Shown: one piece after another, positions 56,863 to 64,000 of the stretch | How positions within the stretch are numbered: position 1 is the stretch's first letter | Layout: every line of letters begins with the position of its first letter | Made by a program: the position numbers and the translations under genes | The notes under the pieces: model-generated | What the model saw: only the letters and a program-made list of their open reading frames with translations | The model's database searches: none | What the model was told of the DNA's origin: nothing | DNA from: SAR202 cluster bacterium | GTDB taxonomy: Bacteria; Chloroflexota; Dehalococcoidia; Lucifugimonadales; UBA3495 | DNA length: 64,000 nucleotides | Assembly (NCBI GenBank): GCA_013204585.1 | Contig: JABMNL010000035.1 | Coordinates: 10,803-74,802 of the forward strand | Reading direction: 5' to 3'

Positions 56863-57300
56863 TCAGAAGAGGGGAACGACGGTACCCTTCTTGCGGTACT
56901 GTTTGTCTTCGGACGTGCCGGTGGCGGCAAAGTCGCAGACGATGCGGTAAATGCGCTCCATCTCTTTGTCCACAGACCGTTTGAAGAAGTAGGGCGGAAC
57001 CCATACGCCGCCGAAGGCTGCAACAACCTCGGGATAGTCGTCGATGACAAAATCCGGTTCAAAGGGCACGCCCAGCTCTTCCAGTCGTTCGTGGAAGTGG
57101 TGAGTGGGCTTTTCGTAGACACCGCTCACAAAGGGGTTCAATTCGAATTTGTTGACGACTTCCCAACGCTCACCCATTCCGGACCAGATATAAATCTCGT
57201 GCTTTTCGTCCAACAGCGCTTGAAAGGTTTCTTTAGTTTCCGGCCTCAGGCTATTGTCCAAACCGAGGATGGTGTAGTCCACATCGAAGAATATCTTCAT
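56863..57300 (-). CDS. Small HAD-superfamily-like protein
   Basis: FFDVDYTI (DxDxT), IWSG, KP and VIDD motifs in HAD order. Confidence 0.65.
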   Translation of the reverse strand: MKIFFDVDYTILGLDNSLRPETKETFQALLDEKHEIYIWSGMGERWEVVNKFELNPFVSGVYEKPTHHFHERLEELGVPFEPDFVIDDYPEVVAAFGGVWVPPYFFKRSVDKEMERIYRIVCDFAATGTSEDKQYRKKGTVVPLF

Positions 57301-57424
57301 GGGCAGGTATTGGGCCTTCTTTGTCTAGATTTTCTAGAAGAAAGATGATTACGATTCTGGATTATAGAGCAGACGGGTCGCAGATTCATTGTTGAAACAT
57401 ATCAATTATGTCAAATAATCAGTG

Positions 57425-57438
57425 CTGGACCGGTCCAG
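57425..57438. other. Perfect 14-bp palindrome ctggaccggtccag just after the ArsC-like stop
   Basis: Read directly from the sequence; function unknown. Confidence 0.5.
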
Positions 57439-57439
57439 G

Positions 57440-57799
57440 CTAACTAGCCTCGGCGATGGCCTCTTCGACTACGGCGTTCCCGGCTCCGACCATCAATTTA
57501 TTCCCTACTTTAATCAGCGGCCGACGCACTAATTTGGGTTCTTCCAGCATCAGCTTGACCATTTCGTCATCCGACAGTGCTTGGTCGGCAAGTCCCATTT
57601 TCTTTAGGCTGGGACTGCGTCGGGCGAAGATATTTTCCGTTCCAACCATGGCCGCCAATTCCCTAACCTCAGCCTCGCTGAAGATTTCTTTGAAGAAATC
57701 CCGGTCAGTGACCTCAAGTCCTTTCTGTAAGAGTAACTCCCTTACTTTGCGGCAGGTCGATCAACGGGGCCACCAGTAAAATTCGACGGTCTGGGCCAA
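57440..57799 (-). CDS. ArsC/Spx-family protein, probable selenoprotein (U-S-T-C; TGA at 57763-57761)
   Basis: AGGAGG SD, then TTG 57799 reads MAQTVEFYWWPR-U-STCRKVRELL, in frame with the track ORF 57440-57658 (RRSPSL, PKLVRRPL). SECIS-like hairpin at 57727-57745. Confidence 0.85.
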
Positions 57800-57889
57800 C
57801 GAGGCCTCCTAGGGTAACTTCCCCAATCGGGATTAAAAATCCCCGGCGTATTCTATACCCAAGGCGAGCCAGAGGAAAGAGGGGCGAGT

Positions 57890-60484
57890 TTAACCACCTT
57901 CCTGGGCTTCTTTTTGCAACTCGTAAAGCTTATTTATCGCCTCGATGGGCGTCAAGTTTGGAACATCCAGGTCTTGAAGCAATTTCTGCAATTTCTGGTC
58001 GCTGCTAAACAATGCCATCTGCTGCGAAGGCTGACCCTTTGTCCGGTTGCTCGGCCTGACGCTGCCAGCGCTTTGGGCCTCCAGTTCGGCCAGCACCTCC
58101 CAGGCCCGGTTGATTACTCCCTGGGGCAGCCCGGCCAATTGGGCCACATGCACGCCGTAGCTCTTGTCCGCGCCGCCGGGAACTATCTTATGCAAGAAGA
58201 CCACGCTATTGCCTTCTTCTGTCACCGCCACGCTTTGGTTCCGCACGCCGGGCAAGCTCGCTGCCAGCCGGGTTAGCTCATGGTAGTGGGTGGCAAAAAG
58301 GGTCTTGCAGCCCAACCTGGGGTCGTTGTGAATGTGTTCAATCACCGAGCGGGCAATGGACAATCCGTCGTAGGTGCTGGTTCCCCGGCCAATTTCGTCC
58401 AAAATCACCAGGGAGCGGGGAGTGGCCTGGTTTAATATGGCCGCCGTCTCCACCATCTCGACCATAAACGTGGACTGGCCAGTAGCCAAGTCGTCCTGCA
58501 AACCGACTCGAGTGAAAATACGGTCAACCAACCCAATCGTAGCCTCTGACGCTGGAACGAAGCTGCCAATCTGGGCCATTAGGGTGATGATGGCTACCTG
58601 CCGGATGTAGGTGGACTTGCCGGCCATGTTGGGCCCAGTCAGCACCACTACTCGGGTTTCGTCGTTGGACAGGTCCACGTCATTGGGGACATATATCCCA
58701 GCGCCCAACACCCGCTCCACCACCGGATGGCGGCCATTAGTAATCTTGATGGCGTTGCCCATATCCAGCACAGGACGGACGTAGCCATTCTCCACAGCGA
58801 CGTCGGCCAGGCCAGAGAAAACGTCAGCCCTGGCAATGGCAGTGGCAACGCGAGTGATTGCACTGGCGGATTCAGCCAGTTGGGCGCAGACCCGGTGGTA
58901 GACGGCCCGCTCTGCCTCTTCAAGACGCTCTCGGGCGTTCAGCACCAGGGACTCGTACTCCTTCAATTCAGGGACGATATACCGCTCGGCATTGGTCAGG
59001 GTCTGGCGGCGTATGTAGTCCTCGGGAACTTGGTCTGAGTAAAGCTTGCTGACCTCGATGTAGTAGCCAAAGACCTGGTTATAGCCAACTTTCAGACCCT
59101 TAATCGACGTGCGCTTCCGTTCCCGTTGCTCCAGTCCGGCAATGAACTGCCGGGCGTTGGACGATGCGCTCTTCAGCTCGTCCATCTCCGGCGCAAACCC
59201 AGGCTTGATTACATTGCCATCACCCACGTTACCCACCGGGTCCGGGGAAATGGACTCTTCGATAAGAGAACAGATGTCGGCCAATGGGGTGAGTTGGGCG
59301 TTAAGCCAGTCCAACTTGGGGCCGTCCAGTAATTCCCGCAGGCCGGGCACAGCAGCCAAGCCGTCCTTCAAGGCAATTAACTCCCTGGGGGCAACTGTTC
59401 CAGAGACGACACGCCCGACGATGCGTTCCAAGTCTGAGACTTTGCCCAGAGCCGAAATGGCAGTTGTGCGCTTGAGGCCGTCCTGATAGAAGTGGTCCAC
59501 CGCGTCGAGCCGCTGCTGTAGCCCAGGCAGGTCAAGCAGCGGTTGGCCCAGCCATTGCCGCAACAACCGACCGCCCATGGGGGTCTTGGTGCGGTCCAGC
59601 GCCGCCAGCAGTGACAGTGCTTTGCTCTCGTTACGCCCGGCAGCAAATAGTTCCAGGTTGCGGCGCGTTTGGGAGTCCAGGGCCATAAAGCTGGCGGTGG
59701 AATAAATGGCCAGGTTGGAAAGCTTAAGTTTGGCAGCCTTCTGGGTTCTGGCCAGGTAATCGACGATGGCCCCAGCGGCCCCAACGGCCAGGTTCATGCC
59801 CTCGCAGCCAAAGGACTCCAAGGTCAAGATACCGAAGTGGGATAGCAACGCCTGTCGGGCTTCGTCTGGATGGAAGGCGCTCGGTTCTACGGTGGTTAGT
59901 TCATAACCCGGCCCAGCCCCGTTAATCGCCCCACCCGCCCACGACAGCGAGTCGTCCGAACGAGCGATTAGCACCTCGGCGGCGGCGATGCGCTCTAGCT
60001 CTAGGAGAAGTTCAACCTGGCCCAGTTCGGTGGCCGAGAACTCGCCAGTGCTAATGTCCACGTAGGCCAAACCCACCCGACCGTCATTGTTGGAACCCTC
60101 GGCTACGGCGGCCAGGTAGTTGTTGGTCTTCTGGTCGAGTATTGAAGATTCGAGCACGGTGCCAGGGGTGATTACTCGGACCACGCCTCGGTCAACCAAC
60201 CCTTTGGAGGCAGCTGGGTCGGTCAACTGCTCGCAGATGGCGACTTTGTGGCCTTTTTTGACCAGCCGGGCCAGATAGTTGTCCAGGGAATGGGCAGGCA
60301 CTCCGGCCAATGGCACTCGCAGGTCTTTGCCCATGCTGCGGGAGGTAAGAGTAATCTCAAGCTCTTTGGCAAAGAGCTTGGCGTCCTCATCGAAGGTCTC
60401 GTAAAAATCGCCCATTCGGAACAGCAAAATAGCGTCCGGATGGGCGTTCTTAATCTTGAGATATTGGCGGCGTATCGGCGTCAC
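57890..60484 (-). CDS. mutS: DNA mismatch repair protein MutS
   Basis: FRMGDFYE, TGPNMAGKST, GQSTFMVEM, DEIGRGTST and SYGVHVA. Confidence 0.98.
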   Translation of the reverse strand: MTPIRRQYLKIKNAHPDAILLFRMGDFYETFDEDAKLFAKELEITLTSRSMGKDLRVPLAGVPAHSLDNYLARLVKKGHKVAICEQLTDPAASKGLVDRGVVRVITPGTVLESSILDQKTNNYLAAVAEGSNNDGRVGLAYVDISTGEFSATELGQVELLLELERIAAAEVLIARSDDSLSWAGGAINGAGPGYELTTVEPSAFHPDEARQALLSHFGILTLESFGCEGMNLAVGAAGAIVDYLARTQKAAKLKLSNLAIYSTASFMALDSQTRRNLELFAAGRNESKALSLLAALDRTKTPMGGRLLRQWLGQPLLDLPGLQQRLDAVDHFYQDGLKRTTAISALGKVSDLERIVGRVVSGTVAPRELIALKDGLAAVPGLRELLDGPKLDWLNAQLTPLADICSLIEESISPDPVGNVGDGNVIKPGFAPEMDELKSASSNARQFIAGLEQRERKRTSIKGLKVGYNQVFGYYIEVSKLYSDQVPEDYIRRQTLTNAERYIVPELKEYESLVLNARERLEEAERAVYHRVCAQLAESASAITRVATAIARADVFSGLADVAVENGYVRPVLDMGNAIKITNGRHPVVERVLGAGIYVPNDVDLSNDETRVVVLTGPNMAGKSTYIRQVAIITLMAQIGSFVPASEATIGLVDRIFTRVGLQDDLATGQSTFMVEMVETAAILNQATPRSLVILDEIGRGTSTYDGLSIARSVIEHIHNDPRLGCKTLFATHYHELTRLAASLPGVRNQSVAVTEEGNSVVFLHKIVPGGADKSYGVHVAQLAGLPQGVINRAWEVLAELEAQSAGSVRPSNRTKGQPSQQMALFSSDQKLQKLLQDLDVPNLTPIEAINKLYELQKEAQEGG

Positions 60485-60563
60485 TACCCAACCCTGCCCT
60501 GTGGATTACACCGGCCATTCTACTCCCAATTGTTATCCGATGGGAGCAATCGCTAACTGGAAA

Positions 60564-61331
60564 TTAGGGTTTCCAGAAACGTTCTTCGATAAAATTCCAG
60601 CCCTTGGGCAGGAGTTTCCCTTTCATCTCTTCAATCATCCCAGGGTGACCGCAGGCGTAGACCTTGGTGTCGTCCTTGGGAAGGTTGAACTTCGCCAAGT
60701 ATTCCTCCGCAATGGCATTGACCCGTCCGGTTACGCCTTTCCAACCGGCGTTTCTGGACTCGGTGGGACGGCTGACCGTGGGCACGAATTTGACCGTCTC
60801 AGGATACTTGGCAGCCAATTCGTAGAGTTCTTTGTCGAAGGCGAATTCATCGACGTAGCTGGCGCCGTACATGATGTAGAAAACGTGCCCTTCATCCACA
60901 CCGTCATGAAGGTACTGGCGGAGCATACTGACCGAAGGCGCCAAACCGGTGACGGTGGACAGCATGAAGTGGTGGTGGAACTTCGGGTCCAGGGTGAAAA
61001 TGCCCTTGGCCCTGGGCCGGACGGACATTTGGTCGCCAATCTTCAGGGCGAACATCTTGGGAGTTAGTTCACCGTCGGGCACCAACTCGACAAAAATCTC
61101 CAAGTCCTTTTCGTAGGGCGCGGAGACGATGGAATAGGCCCGTTCGATTTTGCCCAGGCCCAGCGTGCAATATTGGCCAGGCTTAAACGAGAAATCTTCG
61201 GACGGTCTCAGCTTGATGACCATCAGGTCATCTGTCACGTCCCGACGCTCCACCAATGTCGCCGTGGGAAACGCTGGGTTGGGGGTCAGGTCCGGTCCAC
61301 CGGCCTGGTCCGTTGTGGTTACCTCTGCCAT
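60564..61331 (-). CDS. fpr: Ferredoxin--NADP(+) reductase (bacterial FPR type)
   Basis: FKPGQY, RAYSIVS, TVTGLAP, PTVSRP and YACGHPGMI...EERFW. The AAGGAG SD favours ATG 61331. Confidence 0.85.
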   Translation of the reverse strand: MAEVTTTDQAGGPDLTPNPAFPTATLVERRDVTDDLMVIKLRPSEDFSFKPGQYCTLGLGKIERAYSIVSAPYEKDLEIFVELVPDGELTPKMFALKIGDQMSVRPRAKGIFTLDPKFHHHFMLSTVTGLAPSVSMLRQYLHDGVDEGHVFYIMYGASYVDEFAFDKELYELAAKYPETVKFVPTVSRPTESRNAGWKGVTGRVNAIAEEYLAKFNLPKDDTKVYACGHPGMIEEMKGKLLPKGWNFIEERFWKP

Positions 61332-61356
61332 TGTTACTCCTTGGTCCTGTGCCATT

Positions 61357-61386
61357 GATTAACGCTACTCGGATTAACGCCACTCG
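61357..61386. repeat. 15-bp tandem repeat upstream of fpr
   Basis: gattaacgctactcg / gattaacgccactcg (one mismatch). Confidence 0.8.
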
Positions 61387-61452
61387 GCTCGGAGGCCAAG
61401 ATTCGATCTATCAAATTCTAGTTATTTTTCGCTGCTTTCTTCTGGGCCACGT

Positions 61453-64000
61453 CTAGTCTATTTTGTTAATACGCGCCCTGCAGATATTAAGTCCCGGCAC
61501 CCGTGATGCGGGCTCCATGTCTTCGCTGTTTTGCAGGTCTATCGCCAACTGTCCGAAGAGCGAAGTGGAGGCGACAACCCCGATTGGAACGGACTCGTTA
61601 ATCCGGGCCAAACCGGCTAGCCTACCCGTGCCAATATTCATCGACATTTCAACCTGCACCTTGCCGCCATCCTCAATTGACCATGAGGCGGCGTCGGCGG
61701 GGTTCATCTCAACAAATTCATCTCGTTGGATGGTATTGCGGCGTCCTTTGACGATTTTAATTTCTCTTTCTTGCTGCAAGAGCACCCGTCCCGGCACGAA
61801 CCAGAGCGGGAAGTCGGCATTCGCCGCTTCTTCAACCACCGCAAAGGCCGGGGTAATGGGCTCGGCTCTGCGCTCTTTGAACCCGCCTTCGTAGAGAATT
61901 GGCGAACCCTTGCCGTCGCTCTGTATCGGCCATTGCAGTCCCCGTTCTTCTCGGCTGGCGTACAGCACCTGAGTCGGCTGGGGACTCTCCATTTGAGTTT
62001 TTAAAACAAGTCCGCCTTGACCCGCCAGTTTCCGGTAGGAAACCTCGGCGTAAATAGGCGCCACACGGGCTATCTCATCCATTGTCTCAGAGGGTGATGT
62101 TAGTAGAAAGCCTGGCGCTCCCATCTTGCGGGCCACCTCACAAATCACCCGCAACTCAGGGCGCGCGCCTCCCTCGGGTAGGCTCTTGCCAGGCTTGATC
62201 CGCTGAATACGCCGTTCGAGGTTGGTGTAGGTGCCGTCTTTTTCCGCGAAGGTCGCCCTGGGGAATACCACGTCGGCCCGTTGGGCTGTGGCGCTCAAGA
62301 AAGAGTCGCTGACCGCCAAGAATTCCAGGTTGTCCAGGGCGGCTAGTCCATCACCCAGCTTGCCATTACTGAAATTGGGGCTATCCCCAATAACGAATGC
62401 GGCCTTAACCCGACCGTTTGCGGCCCCTTCGATAATCTCGGCCAACCCTAATCCTGGAGCATCGGGGATAGATGAGTCCCAGATGGCTTCGACTTCTTGC
62501 CGATCTTTCGCGTTCGACACACTCCGGTATCCCGGCAATCGGTCGGGCACGCAGCCCACGTCCCAAGCGCCCTGCTCGTTGGCTCCGGCCCTCATGGGGT
62601 AGATACCCGCGCCTTCTTTGCCCAGGTTGCCGGTAACCAATGCCAGGTTAGTCAGGGATAAGACACAGCCTCGGGCCATTTCCGGCAGTATGTTGTCCAA
62701 AGCGTAGACCAGCGCTCCGGTTTCAGCTTCACCATACAGGCGTGCCGCTTCGGCGATGTCGGCAGCGGGAACCTGGGTCGCCACGGAGACTTCGTCCAAG
62801 TCGAGGGCGTTGAGGGCGTATTGAAGGGTAGCCGGGCTTTCGCAGTTCTCATTTAGCCAATCGTCGTCTTGGAATCCCTGGTCGATGACCGACTTGAGCA
62901 ACCCGCCCAGCAACAGCCGTTCGGTGCCCGGAGCGGGCCGCAGCCAAACATGGGCGTAGCGAGTCAGCTCCACTTCCCTGGAGTCAATGACTACCAACTT
63001 GGTGTTCTTACGGGCTGCTCGCTTGATTGGCACGCCCACCACGTTGTGTTCTTCAGTGACATTGCTACTGAATACTATGATGCAGCCGGCTTCTTCCAGG
63101 TCCCAGATGGGATTGGTGGCCCCGGCGTAACCCAATGACTGCTCCAGACCCCGGGTAAGTTCTGGCTGGGTGTTGGAGGTCTGGTCTACGTTGTTGGACT
63201 TCATGGCCGTTCGGGCAAACTTCTGGGCCAGGTAATGCTCTTCGTTGGTACTGTTCGGGGAGGTCAGGAAGGCGAAAGACTCGCCGGAATATTCAGCGAA
63301 ACGATTGGCCACGACTTCCAATGCTTCGTCCCAAGTCGCTGCCACTAATTCGCCGTCGCGACGCACCAGAGGAGTCTGCAACCTGCTGGCGTCGTTCACA
63401 AATTGCAGGCCAAATTTGCCCTTGAAGCAGGCTTGGCCGTGATTAGCCGGAGAATTGAACTCGGGAACGGCCCGGATTAGGACACCGTCATCATTGTACT
63501 CCACATTCATCTGGCAGCCGACGGGGCAGAGGGGACAGATAGTGCGCTCGACCTTGCGGGGTTTTTCCCACTTGTTGTCCCGCTCGACCAACGCGCCCAC
63601 GGGGCAAACGTCGATGCAGGCACCACAAAACTCGCAGCCCGACTCGAGAAGGGAGGTGCCAAACGAGGTGCCAACCAACGCTTGTCCGCTGCGCATGACG
63701 AACCCGATGGCATCGTCGCCCCGCAGTTCTTCGCAGGCGCGAACACAACGTCCGCAGACAATACAGAGGTTGTAGTCGCGGTCATAAAAGGGGTCGGCCA
63801 CTTCCAGGGGAATCTCCCGGTACTTGTAGTTCAGTGGCGATTCCAGGTTCATACCCAAATAGCGGACGGTGTCTTTTAGCTCACAACGCTCGTTCTTGGG
63901 ACAGGTGACGCAGCGGTCGTTGACCGAGACATGGCGCAGGCATACGTCGGTGGGGCCGCAGATGTCGATTCGGTGACAGGTGAGGCAGCCGCTGGGATGC
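61453..64000 (-). CDS. NuoG/FdhA-like Fe-S molybdopterin-fold protein (5' end beyond the window)
   Basis: The frame is open to the window edge (HPSGCLTCHR...CVTCPKNERCEL). It has CIVCGRCVRAC, CEFCGACIDVCP and CPLCPVGC...C motifs and a MopB-fold body. Confidence 0.85.
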   Translation of the reverse strand, partial: HPSGCLTCHRIDICGPTDVCLRHVSVNDRCVTCPKNERCELKDTVRYLGMNLESPLNYKYREIPLEVADPFYDRDYNLCIVCGRCVRACEELRGDDAIGFVMRSGQALVGTSFGTSLLESGCEFCGACIDVCPVGALVERDNKWEKPRKVERTICPLCPVGCQMNVEYNDDGVLIRAVPEFNSPANHGQACFKGKFGLQFVNDASRLQTPLVRRDGELVAATWDEALEVVANRFAEYSGESFAFLTSPNSTNEEHYLAQKFARTAMKSNNVDQTSNTQPELTRGLEQSLGYAGATNPIWDLEEAGCIIVFSSNVTEEHNVVGVPIKRAARKNTKLVVIDSREVELTRYAHVWLRPAPGTERLLLGGLLKSVIDQGFQDDDWLNENCESPATLQYALNALDLDEVSVATQVPAADIAEAARLYGEAETGALVYALDNILPEMARGCVLSLTNLALVTGNLGKEGAGIYPMRAGANEQGAWDVGCVPDRLPGYRSVSNAKDRQEVEAIWDSSIPDAPGLGLAEIIEGAANGRVKAAFVIGDSPNFSNGKLGDGLAALDNLEFLAVSDSFLSATAQRADVVFPRATFAEKDGTYTNLERRIQRIKPGKSLPEGGARPELRVICEVARKMGAPGFLLTSPSETMDEIARVAPIYAEVSYRKLAGQGGLVLKTQMESPQPTQVLYASREERGLQWPIQSDGKGSPILYEGGFKERRAEPITPAFAVVEEAANADFPLWFVPGRVLLQQEREIKIVKGRRNTIQRDEFVEMNPADAASWSIEDGGKVQVEMSMNIGTGRLAGLARINESVPIGVVASTSLFGQLAIDLQNSEDMEPASRVPGLNICRARINKID

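Noticed and set aside
61453-64000. Annotation as a (seleno)formate dehydrogenase alpha subunit
   Set aside because: No in-frame TGA or Cys-His at the Mo/W ligand position.

Overview
A 64-kb core-chromosome segment, most likely from a Dehalococcoidia/SAR202-like Chloroflexota bacterium. This is inferred from the Chlor_Arch_YYY and TIGR03663 membrane proteins, an F420-type nitroreductase and an 11-subunit complex I. It carries housekeeping and metabolic genes (cobI, leuS, trkH/trkA, pheA, gap, eno, nuoA-D/H-N, trmD, dinG, cca, rnc, ftsY, mutL, mutS), a GT-C-type glycosylation cluster, and a truncated NuoG/FdhA-like gene at the right edge. No rRNA, intact tRNA, CRISPR array, transposase or integrase was seen. 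Highlights not visible in the ORF track: (1) two probable selenoproteins, a DsbA-like one (44650-45282) and an ArsC/Spx-like one (57440-57799), each with an in-frame TGA at the redox Cys position followed by a SECIS-like hairpin; (2) two paralogous HicB-fold genes with no toxin partner, tightly packed between nuoC and nuoD; (3) an orphan near-consensus promoter pointing into a structured ~310-nt candidate RNA with a G/U-only loop; (4) repeated duplications of gene 3' ends including the stop codon (TM0106-like nuclease, TIGR03663 gene, mutL); (5) a lone low-GC UDG-fold-like gene; (6) a NuoG/FdhA-like protein lacking the Mo/W ligand, next to a ferredoxin-NADP reductase. All calls come from motif recognition by eye; no searches were run.
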